From NCBI GenBank assembly GCA_965223335.1, contig OZ244991.1:2560001-2624000 (forward strand): DNA of 64,000 nt, read 5' to 3'. This document shows positions 1-9,921 of the stretch, piece after piece (positions within the stretch are counted from its first letter, which is position 1; the number at the start of each line of letters is the position of its first letter). This stretch comes from Thermodesulfobacteriota bacterium (GTDB taxonomy: Bacteria; Desulfobacterota_D; UBA1144; Nemesobacterales; UBA2774). The notes under the pieces are model-generated. The model made no database searches. It saw only the letters and a list, made by a program, of their open reading frames with translations, and was not told the origin of the DNA. The translations under genes were made by a program, and so were the position numbers.

Positions 1-118
1 TGATCCCACTCTCCAGGTAGGATTCGGCAGACTCACCCAATGCGGACATCGGCATTATGATTATTGCAGTGATCATGATTAGATGTCGTAGTGTGAAACG
101 GGAGCATAAGATTCTCAT
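1..118 (-). CDS. N-terminal part of a secreted protein, possibly TPR-containing (runs off window start)
   Basis: Hand translation from ATG at 118: MRILCSRFTLRHLIMITAIIIMPMSALGESAESYLESGI...; GGAGG RBS upstream; signal-peptide-like hydrophobic stretch; not in ORF track. Confidence 0.6.
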   Translation of the reverse strand, partial: MRILCSRFTLRHLIMITAIIIMPMSALGESAESYLESGI

Positions 119-286
119 AAGCTTACTACCTCCAATAATTAGGCACTTATCTATATTAATTCATGATCGTATAATGCTCAATTCGTATAATCTCTGCCCT
201 TAGTCATGTGTGGCCAATATCATTGTGCTGGCTTACTAATTATGATAATATCGAATCATTATTTATCGGTTGTTCAACTGTAGGGG

Positions 287-1258
287 ATGATGATAGTAAA
301 GAAAAATATCAACAGCCGTAGGCTTGTGGTATTACTAATTATCTTATGTCTAAGCGTTCTTGGCGCTTGCAGCAAGAGTTCTTCTCAAGAAGACCCAATA
401 GTAAGCAGCCGTGATGAGTGTGTTGACGTACCCCAATGTACATCGGTCACAGCCACAAACCTAACACCCATAGATAAAAACGGGGTCCACTCGCTGCACC
501 TGGTTTGCCCCGACGAAGCCCCTTATATTCATAACCTAGACGTCGATCAGGACCGCAATGTAATAGTCGAGGTATTTGGGTTGGCAGACGACGCTGTCTC
601 AGTCTTTTTCCGCAAGCACGACCCCGACCAACCCGGTCGCTACCAGGCTTTTTTAGGCTGCTCGAGCATCCCGTTCACCAAGGGCGAACGCTTCAACGGA
701 CGTTCTTTCGCACCTGTTAACATAGCCGACGAGGCCTCACCCGCACCCGATGCGAGCTACACGCCCCCAAACGCATGCGACAATAGTATCCCGGCATGCC
801 TCAATGTAACATCCGCCTTGCATAAGATCGGCCACCTAAAAACCCATAAATCCGATGTTATATGCCCCAACTCCCATCCTTGGTACGCTCTGGCTTGGGT
901 AAGCTTCCGTTCGAGTAAAGCAATATCTATTACAGAAGACCCTTTTGCCATCACACGATTCCGCGGCGACGGCGACGCCTTTTTGGTCACCAACTGGAGC
1001 GCATTCCACGACCACCACTGGCAGATTGCCATAGCATGCTCTTCGGACTGTGCATTCTCGGATAAGGGTTGCCCTAACCTACCGTGTAAAACGGGATGTC
1101 GCAATGACCCCGGCTGCAAAACTATAGTCCCCAGAAAAACCGAATGTGCCGGACACACTGGTAATTGCTGGTCTACTTGGGAAGAACTGTGTCCAGATAA
1201 TGAAAAATGGTTCTGCGACACAGCCCAGTTTTGGACCTGCTGCGAAACCTGTAACTAG
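287..1258 (+). CDS. Cys-rich lipoprotein with two internal repeats, unknown function
   Basis: Lipobox LGAC; two units C..P.C..VT...CP...P[YW]...[YW]Q....CS; Cys-dense C-terminus. Confidence 0.75.
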   Translation: MMIVKKNINSRRLVVLLIILCLSVLGACSKSSSQEDPIVSSRDECVDVPQCTSVTATNLTPIDKNGVHSLHLVCPDEAPYIHNLDVDQDRNVIVEVFGLADDAVSVFFRKHDPDQPGRYQAFLGCSSIPFTKGERFNGRSFAPVNIADEASPAPDASYTPPNACDNSIPACLNVTSALHKIGHLKTHKSDVICPNSHPWYALAWVSFRSSKAISITEDPFAITRFRGDGDAFLVTNWSAFHDHHWQIAIACSSDCAFSDKGCPNLPCKTGCRNDPGCKTIVPRKTECAGHTGNCWSTWEELCPDNEKWFCDTAQFWTCCETCN

Positions 1259-1390
1259 GCAACAGCGAATTTGTTGCTCTTGGAACTAAGCATGTAAATC
1301 GCTACTAACCAATTGCATCTGCATTTTGCAGCATGCTATAATGAGGTTGTATTACAGTCTTAAAGCACTTTATACAGCGGAGGCAACATT

Positions 1391-1579
1391 ATGGGGAATA
1401 GAAAAGTAATAGACTGTAGAAATATGCCGAGCGAAAGTGACTGCACGATCTCCATTAGCGGCACCGAAGAAGAGATTCTACCACTTGCTGTTTATCACGC
1501 TATCACTGTCCATGGTCATCAAGAAACCGTGGAGCTAAAGGAACAAATCAAAGCTATGCTTGAGGACGAGCCCGAGTGA
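1391..1579 (+). CDS. DUF1059-family small metal-binding protein
   Basis: RKVIDCR..PSESDCT.SISGTEEE....A..HA..VHGH pattern; GGAGG RBS. Confidence 0.8.
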   Translation: MGNRKVIDCRNMPSESDCTISISGTEEEILPLAVYHAITVHGHQETVELKEQIKAMLEDEPE

Positions 1580-1583
1580 GCTT

Positions 1584-1919
1584 TTAGTAGCTATTTTTCT
1601 TAGGCACATCGATGGTCTCGGTACCTGCCTGTCTAAATGCAGCCAGGCCTTCCTCCGGGGAAAATATTTCTGTGGTCTTACAGTGGGTCAAATACCCTTT
1701 GGACTGGGCTGCCAACAGAGTGCTTAAAGCGTCCACCCCGGTTGGCACCTCATATATTGTAAATGCATGATAATCCCCAAATGAGTAATAGAAGGAAATT
1801 AGTTTGCCACCGACCTGTTCTAGGTGCTCCCTTACTTTGGCAACCCTATACTCAGGCGTCTCTATCATGGCTTCAAGAGCCTCAGGTGTGTACGAGAACT
1901 GACTCAGATATAACGGCAT
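1584..1919 (-). CDS. GYD domain protein
   Basis: MPLYL..FSYT...GGKL.SFYYSFGDY pattern typical of GYD family. Confidence 0.85.
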   Translation of the reverse strand: MPLYLSQFSYTPEALEAMIETPEYRVAKVREHLEQVGGKLISFYYSFGDYHAFTIYEVPTGVDALSTLLAAQSKGYLTHCKTTEIFSPEEGLAAFRQAGTETIDVPKKNSY

Positions 1920-2080
1920 GATCTACCCCTTCCCCCATTCGGACCAATCTCTCAGATCAATCTTCGGCCTATATATAAATGATACCTGGTGGGAAACGTA
2001 AATCTATCAGAAGACAAATAATCGGCTAATAACGCTTGATAATTATCCAATGACATAATTAACACAACACACTCATGAGA

Positions 2081-2461
2081 CTAAAAATCAAAACAGATCA
2101 TTTCCGATTCCCCGACAATAGTTGGTACTGTTCCCACCAATGTGCCGTTCTCGTTTATTGTCAAATTCATATATAAACCACCGCTTGGACATTCCATAGT
2201 TTGGCAATCCGGGGCTGTACAATCAGTCTCAGGTGGTACTAAAAAATCTATTCCAAGTCCATTAACTTCAACTCCACAAAGAAAAGGTTCACAAAACAAT
2301 ACAAGGTCTTCAGCTATACATTCCGATTCCAACACATCCCCGCGAGTAGTACACTGCGGTTCAGGAGCTCCATCCCCATGAACATTATTGCTTCCATCGT
2401 TGTTCCCACAACCAATTACTACTAGCGAAATCATTATTAGCGCAATCGCTACGGTCTTCAT
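2081..2461 (-). CDS. Cys-rich lipoprotein, unknown function
   Basis: Start moved to MKTVAIAL (GGAGG upstream); lipobox VIGC; several Cys. Confidence 0.7.
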   Translation of the reverse strand: MKTVAIALIMISLVVIGCGNNDGSNNVHGDGAPEPQCTTRGDVLESECIAEDLVLFCEPFLCGVEVNGLGIDFLVPPETDCTAPDCQTMECPSGGLYMNLTINENGTLVGTVPTIVGESEMICFDF

Positions 2462-2590
2462 ATTGCCCACCTCCATTAATTTAATAATACATTAAATATA
2501 TGGAATACAATGGGAAACTTATGGATATAGCAATAGAAATGTAAGCGCAGCTAAAGTTGAAGACTGACTTAATTAGATACTAAGTGCGGG

Positions 2591-2782
2591 TCACTTTGCA
2601 TCCTCTAACTCTACATTACGCACACACTGGGTCAGGTTGGCAGTCTCGTCCGTGTACTTGGTCTTTTCACACTCTATGCGTTTTTGATAATATACATTTT
2701 GCTCTCTAAACTCGTTCTGTTTAGAGGCCCCGGCACATCCGGCACACAAAACCAAAACGCCGATTACAAGCACATACTTCAT
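2591..2782 (-). CDS. Small lipoprotein
   Basis: MKYVLVIGVLVLCAGC signal/lipobox; two further Cys. Confidence 0.6.
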   Translation of the reverse strand: MKYVLVIGVLVLCAGCAGASKQNEFREQNVYYQKRIECEKTKYTDETANLTQCVRNVELEDAK

Positions 2783-2846
2783 CGCCTACCGACCCCCTGC
2801 GCAACGGTTACATGATATTAAACCCGAAAAAGACCGCTACCACTAT

Positions 2847-4682
2847 TTATTCCGCCTGTTCCAGTACGAGCTCCTGCATCATTCCCACATCCTCATGTGT
2901 GAGAATATGACAGTGCATTACATATGTGCCATAAGTAATCGGATCGAACCAGGTTCGGAATGTCACAGAACCCGCGTTATCCACGATGTTGCCCCCGCCG
3001 CTTGTATCTGCAGCCGGCACAAGAATCGTATCGTGCCACTCGGGACGCTCTAGCTCTACACCGTTTATATGAGTGAGTAAAAACGGGTTTTGGTGAATGT
3101 GAAACGGGTGGTCCGAGTTCGACCGGTTTAGCACCGTCCATTCCTCAAAAGTCCCTGTTACCATGGGTTCAAGCCCCGAGTAAAGCGGCGCACCCGCTGT
3201 AAATAGCCCCTCTTTGAGAAATATAAACGGCGGCCCCTCTGCGGGGTTAGGAATACCGGTATCATCGGCATCGCGCATCATGATGAGGTTGTTAAAAGTG
3301 CCCTGCCAGTAATCTTCGTCATACCTATCAAAATAATATGTACACACGTCATTTACTTTTTCGTTTAGTGTATTCTGCGTGCCCGGTGAGCATATCTCAA
3401 ACGATACGTTCCTGGTCTCTGCAATCTCGGCGTTTTGCATCTGCTGTATGCTAGGCAGTCCCCTCGGGGCCGGGAGTGCACCGCTGGGCAGGTCCATATC
3501 CACCGGGTTGCCCTCGACTACAATAGTCGCAAGAGTGTGGGGGTAAGTGTCGAGAGTTGGGAAATCACCGCCTATGCGTGAATCCCTCTTTGCGGGATCG
3601 ATCCCTGCGAGCGATGATATCGATCTAGGAGTGGATGGGTCTAGGACCTGCAACCGATATATCCCCGGCAGACCGGCTTGTATCATCATATCCACTCGGT
3701 TCCCCACACCCATCACATAGCCCTCTCCCACTCCCAGGTTTACCACCTGGCTCAGGTTAAGCCCGTCTGCAGCCACAGCACTCATACTGTGCCCCTCGAG
3801 AGCAATCACAAGGGTTTCACCCGACGCAGCGTTTAGGATTCTCCAGCGCTGCACCTCCCCCGGGCGCATCCTAAGTGTAGGATTAATCACACCGTTTACG
3901 GTGATATAAAACTTGCTGTCACGGAAAAACTGCCACAGGCTCGGAGCCGTAACCCCAATCCCGGGGTTCTGTGAAAAATTTTCAGCCTCCATATTTACAA
4001 ACGGCACCTGCCCATTTTGGTCAGTCCTCACAATCCCTATACCCATTACCACATTCTTAGCCGCTGCGATCTCTGGGATCTGGTTAAGCCCGCAGTCCTC
4101 TCGGTCGATAATCAAGAACCCGAACATACCGCCAAAGAACTGGAAGCTCACCGATCCGTGCTTGTGGGGATGGTACCAAAACGTCCCGCACGCATGGTCC
4201 TCGGGGATCTCAACCTCAATGGGGTTCTCGGAACCCGGCTCCATCAGCCTAAGCACATTGTCCGATATTCCGCGCGGAGACACACTGAGCCCGTGCGTGT
4301 GGAAATTAGTCGTGTACGGATCGTGCGGAAACGCCCCCATCCGCTGGCTAGAAGGGTTGGGGGGCAGATTGTTCTGAAAGGTGATGTCCAATGTATCACC
4401 GGGCTCTACTTTATACGTCGGGCCGATGAGTTGCCCCTGATACGAAGGTGTCTCCACAATATCGACCTGATTGGTGTTTACATTCTCTACTGCATTAGTA
4501 CCGATTAATGTTTCAAGCGTAGTCCTCAATACCCCGTTTATAGATTGAAGCACTTTGGGTTCCGGGAATTTCGGTTTTGAAGACCCTCCACCGCATCCTC
4601 CAGATGTTGTAAAAGCTATTAAAGTGATTAGTACCAAAAGTGATAAGACCGATATTACACTTCTTTTCGCCATTTCCCTCAT
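2847..4682 (-). CDS. Multicopper oxidase (lipoprotein)
   Basis: All four Cu-binding motifs: HTHG, WYHPH, HPFHIH, HCHILTHEDVGM; N-terminal signal with SGGC. Confidence 0.95.
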   Translation of the reverse strand: MREMAKRSVISVLSLLVLITLIAFTTSGGCGGGSSKPKFPEPKVLQSINGVLRTTLETLIGTNAVENVNTNQVDIVETPSYQGQLIGPTYKVEPGDTLDITFQNNLPPNPSSQRMGAFPHDPYTTNFHTHGLSVSPRGISDNVLRLMEPGSENPIEVEIPEDHACGTFWYHPHKHGSVSFQFFGGMFGFLIIDREDCGLNQIPEIAAAKNVVMGIGIVRTDQNGQVPFVNMEAENFSQNPGIGVTAPSLWQFFRDSKFYITVNGVINPTLRMRPGEVQRWRILNAASGETLVIALEGHSMSAVAADGLNLSQVVNLGVGEGYVMGVGNRVDMMIQAGLPGIYRLQVLDPSTPRSISSLAGIDPAKRDSRIGGDFPTLDTYPHTLATIVVEGNPVDMDLPSGALPAPRGLPSIQQMQNAEIAETRNVSFEICSPGTQNTLNEKVNDVCTYYFDRYDEDYWQGTFNNLIMMRDADDTGIPNPAEGPPFIFLKEGLFTAGAPLYSGLEPMVTGTFEEWTVLNRSNSDHPFHIHQNPFLLTHINGVELERPEWHDTILVPAADTSGGGNIVDNAGSVTFRTWFDPITYGTYVMHCHILTHEDVGMMQELVLEQAE

Positions 4683-4797
4683 CCTCCAATTAGTATGTTT
4701 ATGAACTTATAAAGACAACAAAGCTAACAACAATTAGAACTACGTATTCTATATTAACTGGTTACTTAAATATTGTTGAGTATCCGGTAGAAGACAC

Positions 4798-5613
4798 TTA
4801 TTTTGCCGCAGATGAAATAAACAGGTGGTTAGATGCCCTCCCGTCTTCGACCAGTTTCAGATACGTATCGAAATACTCAATATGATAACGTGTGTTCTCC
4901 TCTCCCTGCTCTCGGGCAATCTCGGTCTCATTATTTCTATAGGCATCTCCCCATTTTTTCACCTGCACCCAAAAATCAGCAACATACTCCGTGATCTCCT
5001 CTATCTGAAACCCAGCCGACACGAGCATGGATTTATAGCTCGAGTACGAGTCATAGTACTGTGGGATCAGGTACCCCCTGGCCAGCTTTTGTTTGACCTC
5101 GTCGTTGTCCGGCATCTCAAACGTACCGCTTAGAAATGCCCATATACCCGAGGGTTTCAACACTCGGTGAACCTCTTTAAAGAGCTTCGTTTTATCACTG
5201 AACACATTCATCACATTTAGGCTAATCGCATAATCAAAAGCGCTGTTCTGAAACGGCATATCCACCGCATCACCTACGTGAAACTCCGTTTTGTCCCCAA
5301 GCCCAGCGTTCGTAGCCAGTTTATTCGACACCCCTACGCCCACATCGTTTATATCAATCCCCGTGACCCTGCACCCGGTGTTGCTGGCAATGTACACCGC
5401 CGGGCCCCCTGCCCCACTACCCACATCAAGCACTTGGCTTGTTTCATCTATCCCAAGCCTCCGGACCAGTTCATCCAGGTAGCGCGGGGTAATAAACGAC
5501 TGCTGCCCTATGTCGTTTTCTTTGCCCCAAATCGAATCCCTAATAAGCCTGTTGGCGGGGCTATCGAGCTGGTGGAGCTCGGAATAGTCCACCCCTATCT
5601 GTCTCTCGCTCAT
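4798..5613 (-). CDS. Class I SAM-dependent methyltransferase
   Basis: VLDVGSGAGG motif I, VTGID, LKPSG; start moved to MSERQ behind GGAGG. Confidence 0.9.
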   Translation of the reverse strand: MSERQIGVDYSELHQLDSPANRLIRDSIWGKENDIGQQSFITPRYLDELVRRLGIDETSQVLDVGSGAGGPAVYIASNTGCRVTGIDINDVGVGVSNKLATNAGLGDKTEFHVGDAVDMPFQNSAFDYAISLNVMNVFSDKTKLFKEVHRVLKPSGIWAFLSGTFEMPDNDEVKQKLARGYLIPQYYDSYSSYKSMLVSAGFQIEEITEYVADFWVQVKKWGDAYRNNETEIAREQGEENTRYHIEYFDTYLKLVEDGRASNHLFISSAAK

Positions 5614-5647
5614 CTTGCTGCAACCTCCCATTCAAGTTGAAATATAA

Positions 5648-6790
5648 CTATCCCATGAATTTATTTATATAACAATTCCCATGCACATTCTTACCCGGCA
5701 ATATGTTGAGCCCAAACCCAAATCTACCTCTACAATCCAATTGGTCAAAGTCGAGTTCCCCACACTTGCCGAACTTAAGAGACGGACTGCAAATATCCTC
5801 AACAAGCAGATAGGTCCCAAATGCCCCTTCCTGAGACACTACTAGGTCTCTGTATGCATTGGCTACAGTTAACGCACCCCTGGTGAGTATGCTTGTCTCT
5901 CCTGCATGCGCCCCGACAATAATATCCAGTCCATCACTTCGTGCCTGTTTTGCAATTGCCAGGGTTCTCAACAGCCCCCCCAGCTTTGAGATACGGATGT
6001 TTAATATCCATATATCAGGGTCATGTTTAATTTCTCCGAACTGCTCTTCGTTTACAAAGCTTTCGTCCAAAACTATTTTTGTGCCGAGCTCAGACGATAT
6101 CTTGCGCAACTCATCGTATCTACATGCAACTAAAGGCTCCTCAACCGCATATAGTCGATAGTTGAGTGAGAACAAATACGAGATCGCTGCCTGTGTAGAT
6201 TCCCAAAGATTGTTAGCATCTACCCTAACCCGCAACTCCCTAGTCTCAGTTCTCTTCAGATACTCAAATAGCAATTTATCATGATCTAAATCACCCGAGA
6301 GCTTAATCTTGAACTCTTTAAAACCCATATCGAGATATCTTTTAATCTGCGCCAATGTTGCCTTGTAATTATCCACGCCGACCACCGCCGTGTATGTAAA
6401 ATCGCCCTGGATCTGAGGTAGACCGAGCAGGTCTTCGACCGTTTTATTATCTTCCCTGCCAATTAAATCCAAGAGCGCCAGTTCAACTGCACACCACCAA
6501 GCCGGGTTACGATCGATTAACAACTTGTTATTGACTAAAAAATTCCTTAGGCCCTCCAGATCCTTTATCCGAGATATAAGATCCTTGTTTTCGTAGAAAA
6601 GTTTGACTGCACTCCCAATATCCTCACCCGTGACATACATACGAGGACACCCTTCCCCATAACCGACATGCTCAGCTGTCTTGGCAATAACCATTACACT
6701 CTGGGTACAAGCGTGCTCTGCGGAGTTATGCCTGAATCTTTCCCTAAACGGAATACTGAGCCTCTTTATATCTAGTCCATTTATTCTCAT
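5648..6790 (-). CDS. Enolase-superfamily enzyme (muconate lactonizing enzyme/dipeptide epimerase/OSBS subgroup)
   Basis: GYGEG, FKIK, RVDAN, VEEP, LDES metal ligands, NIRISKLGG; start moved to MRING. Confidence 0.85.
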   Translation of the reverse strand: MRINGLDIKRLSIPFRERFRHNSAEHACTQSVMVIAKTAEHVGYGEGCPRMYVTGEDIGSAVKLFYENKDLISRIKDLEGLRNFLVNNKLLIDRNPAWWCAVELALLDLIGREDNKTVEDLLGLPQIQGDFTYTAVVGVDNYKATLAQIKRYLDMGFKEFKIKLSGDLDHDKLLFEYLKRTETRELRVRVDANNLWESTQAAISYLFSLNYRLYAVEEPLVACRYDELRKISSELGTKIVLDESFVNEEQFGEIKHDPDIWILNIRISKLGGLLRTLAIAKQARSDGLDIIVGAHAGETSILTRGALTVANAYRDLVVSQEGAFGTYLLVEDICSPSLKFGKCGELDFDQLDCRGRFGFGLNILPGKNVHGNCYINKFMG

Positions 6791-8465
6791 GATTCCCAAG
6801 CCCGCACTTACTAAAATCAAATTCACACTGATCCATGTACTGCAAATGCATCACCTTATATTGACTCTCTTTCATGCCCGATTCCAAGCAGAATTTTTTA
6901 TACAGCTCACCCGTTCCCTCTCTGAGCAAGGTAGCGGTAAGGGGTCCAAGCCTCCCGCTCTTGCGCTTAGCACGGTACTCGACATTCAGCCGAGCAAGCT
7001 CCTCATCAATCAACCCAGATATGCGACCGCCCTCATTAGACTTTGTCTCTATATACAGGTGGTACTGCTGGTTTTCACGATCTGCCAAACACACAAAAAA
7101 TTGAGGGTCAATACAACACGCCTCTGCTGCCTTTTGCAGGGCCCCTATGAGCTGCGATTCATAGAGCTTCTCCCCTGTGATGTTGGTTGTCCCCTTGCCT
7201 TTTTGAACAAAACGAATCAAGGGTGTGTTGTTGTACCTTCCAGTGACCTCAATGACGTCGTTTATAAAATATCTATAGAGCCCGTTTTGGGTTGTTGCTA
7301 TAATGTAGTACTGCTTCCCCTGTTCTATCTGGTCGAGTCTTAGGTATGTCTTGTTGTCACTTTCCCAATCGGCCCGTTCCACAAACTCAAAATAATTTTG
7401 ATGAAGCGTTGGCACACCGTCACGGCGATCAATATCCACAGTAATATTCCCCCTAAATTCACTCGCAAAATATCCCATCTCAATAATCTTGGTGCGTTCG
7501 GATATCTGCTTGTACAAAAAGGGGAGCATCCACCCACAGCTCCCGCCCGTCCACGTCACCACGGCTTTTAGATTCGGCCAAAGGTCTTTAAACAACAAGA
7601 ATCCTTGTGCTTGATACAGATCCGCCAGCCGAATTAATCTAGTCTCGTCCCTATTTACACATATACTTTTGATTATTTCTCTGTGTCTGCCTTCACTGCA
7701 ACCACCTAACTGACCGTGCTTTATTAGGTCCACTATCTCGTAGAATCTCGAGTTTATTGTCTTGGAAATTTTGTGCAATGTAGATGGGTTAACGCTCGCT
7801 ATAGTAGTTACATTGCCCTCCTGCAGAGCAAAAGCAGATATCAGAAAATATTTAAGCTCATAGTCCTCAATATCAAAAATCTCAGAGGGTATTACAAATT
7901 TGCACCTGATAACGCTTGGTATCTCCCTATATAGCACCCCCGACATTGCACCATACGGTGTACCTGTCTCCAGACATCCCTCTACTGCAGAACCTGCCAC
8001 TGCCAATATCTTTCCCGAGAACATTCGAGGCATTTGTAGATACTGTGCATATGTGAAAATCCTTTGAGATTGTTTGTGTTGTTTCATCGTCGTTTCATCA
8101 ATCGGTATATATTTAGGTGAGCCCGTTGTACCACTAGTTAGCGCGTACCTATGGGGTTTGTTGTTCGTCAAATAAGGTTCTTTTGTGCTTTCCTGTTTTT
8201 CAATATACCCACGCAGCCCTTCATAAGTTTTAACGGGCACACGCCTGCAATAATCCTCGTAACCCCTTATTTCCGAGAAACCATAATGTTTGCCATACCA
8301 TGTCGCTTCATTGTCTTTAAGAATCTTGCGCAAAAGCTCGGTCTGAACATTTTTAGGAGAACGCGTCTTCTCTATATACGGATTCCATACTCGATGCCTC
8401 GCATAGAGCATAAACGCCCACAACAATATATTCGAAACTCCGTTAACCACAGATGTGCTAGCCAT
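6744..8465 (-). CDS. GH3-family acyl-acid amido synthetase
   Basis: LTSGTTGSPKYIP P-loop, YFASE, GLYRYFINDVI, ITGEKL motifs. Confidence 0.92.
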   Translation of the reverse strand: MASTSVVNGVSNILLWAFMLYARHRVWNPYIEKTRSPKNVQTELLRKILKDNEATWYGKHYGFSEIRGYEDYCRRVPVKTYEGLRGYIEKQESTKEPYLTNNKPHRYALTSGTTGSPKYIPIDETTMKQHKQSQRIFTYAQYLQMPRMFSGKILAVAGSAVEGCLETGTPYGAMSGVLYREIPSVIRCKFVIPSEIFDIEDYELKYFLISAFALQEGNVTTIASVNPSTLHKISKTINSRFYEIVDLIKHGQLGGCSEGRHREIIKSICVNRDETRLIRLADLYQAQGFLLFKDLWPNLKAVVTWTGGSCGWMLPFLYKQISERTKIIEMGYFASEFRGNITVDIDRRDGVPTLHQNYFEFVERADWESDNKTYLRLDQIEQGKQYYIIATTQNGLYRYFINDVIEVTGRYNNTPLIRFVQKGKGTTNITGEKLYESQLIGALQKAAEACCIDPQFFVCLADRENQQYHLYIETKSNEGGRISGLIDEELARLNVEYRAKRKSGRLGPLTATLLREGTGELYKKFCLESGMKESQYKVMHLQYMDQCEFDFSKCGLGNHENKWTRYKEAQYSV

Positions 8466-9353
8466 CTAATCCCCATCCTTGTTATTGCTAAATGGTGTAG
8501 TCAGCAGCGTTAGAAAATCTTGGGGATAGTCACTATCCAATAACCCCAATTCACCGACCGTCTTGCCCTTGGGTAGATATCTCGTTTCAAAAATCAAATC
8601 CCATATTATCAGGTTGTTACCGTAGTTCCGGTTCGACTCACTTATCCGCGCAGAATGGTGCCAACGGTGGAGCTCAGGGCCGCTTATTATGTAGTTAAGA
8701 AATCCCAGTTTCAACTCAACGTTGCTGTGCTGAAAGAAACCGTTTATCGCGAAAAAAATGAAATATAATGAAACAACCTGCTCACCCACCCCGAGCACTA
8801 TAAACGGTGCAGTATCGACGAGAAACTGAAGAGTTTTTTCCAGGGGATGAAACCTGCCTACATTCAAGAAATAGAGCTTATCTGGAGAGTGGTGTACCGA
8901 GTGGAATCGCCACAAAAATTCCCAGCGGTGGCTAATTAGATGAAGCCAATACCGCAAGAAATCTGCCGCCAAGATCATCAATAGGGCTTGTACTTGGACC
9001 GACAGTCCGTGAGGCCATACATTTGTAAAGTTAAAACCGTTTACACTAAGCCACCCTATCGCAGTTATAGCTACGAAATAGGACAATAAAACAGGTATTA
9101 GTACTTGAACAAAGCCCATAAACAGCAGATCGTTTTTGATGTCTTCTCTCTTAGATTCCCATCGTTTTCTGTGCGGAGACCATTGCTCCAAACCAAGTAT
9201 TACAAACGCGGATACTACCACTGCTACATATGTACCTATTTGATCCCCAAGCCCAAGCCCTCCAAATATGTAGTAGATCGAGTACCCAAAGACCATGACC
9301 GCGGGATAAGCGACATACGATATATATTTCCTCAACGTCCTATGAACTATCAT
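8466..9353 (-). CDS. Sterol desaturase / fatty acid hydroxylase family membrane diiron enzyme
   Basis: His boxes HLISH, HSVHH, FQHSN, HRWHH; NYG motif; TM segments. Confidence 0.92.
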   Translation of the reverse strand: MIVHRTLRKYISYVAYPAVMVFGYSIYYIFGGLGLGDQIGTYVAVVVSAFVILGLEQWSPHRKRWESKREDIKNDLLFMGFVQVLIPVLLSYFVAITAIGWLSVNGFNFTNVWPHGLSVQVQALLMILAADFLRYWLHLISHRWEFLWRFHSVHHSPDKLYFLNVGRFHPLEKTLQFLVDTAPFIVLGVGEQVVSLYFIFFAINGFFQHSNVELKLGFLNYIISGPELHRWHHSARISESNRNYGNNLIIWDLIFETRYLPKGKTVGELGLLDSDYPQDFLTLLTTPFSNNKDGD

Positions 9354-9811
9354 GCGAACCTCCCCACTATTTTTTCTTGATAATGATATTTACCGAGTAG
9401 TACGAGCCAGAGGGCAAGATCCAGATGCACGATTGTAGGCAGCCATGCATTAAACCAAGTCGAGTGGCTTGCAAAAGTGAAGCCCCCGATCAATCTAATC
9501 AACATCACTATAAAGTAAGCAGTCCCAGCAACCAGGTATATCTTTCCCCTCTTAGGGCTAGGCACTACTCTACGCTTCGCGATATTGATTGTAATTCTCG
9601 TTAGAATGGAGATTAGAAACATCTGGATGGTCACAAGAAGCCAATATGGCAGAATACCACTATCCCAAGCATCAAAGGGAGGTAAATAAGAGGAGTCAAA
9701 AAAGTGTTGAATTATCTGAGCAAAAACTCGAAAAATAAATATCGACAACAAAACCATGAAAACCCAACGTTCCATCCTATCTACCCTATTTACTGTTTCA
9801 ATCACTCTCAT
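9350..9811 (-). CDS. Four-TM membrane protein, unknown function
   Basis: Start moved to MRVIET behind GAGGAG; LPPFDAWDSGILPY; ATGA overlap with next gene. Confidence 0.75.
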   Translation of the reverse strand: MRVIETVNRVDRMERWVFMVLLSIFIFRVFAQIIQHFFDSSYLPPFDAWDSGILPYWLLVTIQMFLISILTRITINIAKRRVVPSPKRGKIYLVAGTAYFIVMLIRLIGGFTFASHSTWFNAWLPTIVHLDLALWLVLLGKYHYQEKIVGRFA

Positions 9812-9827
9812 GAGTCTCCTCTCTTTA

Positions 9828-9899
9828 AATGAACACTGTTTAGTTGCATAATACCACCAAATTGAACAATGTTCAATAGTTAATTTAACATTGTTCAAA
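9828..9899. promoter_or_regulatory. Three copies of a 17-bp palindromic operator (probable TetR sites)
   Basis: Perfect ATTGAACA-A-TGTTCAAT at 9861-9877; variants AATGAACA-C-TGTTTAGT 9828-9844 and ATTTAACA-T-TGTTCAAA 9883-9899, in the divergent intergenic gap. Confidence 0.8.
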
Positions 9900-9921
9900 A
9901 ATCCTGTTATATTTATTAATA

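Noticed and set aside
6681..7343. 220-aa plus-strand ORF and other long antisense ORFs (e.g. 757-1221, 3913-4508, 33684-34145, 52042-52473, 62522-62920)
   Set aside because: They lie opposite well-supported genes, lack motifs and RBSs, and look like shadow frames
9812..9898. N-terminal extension of the membrane protein given by the ORF track
   Set aside because: Runs through the operator palindromes; ATG 9811 has a clear GAGGAG SD
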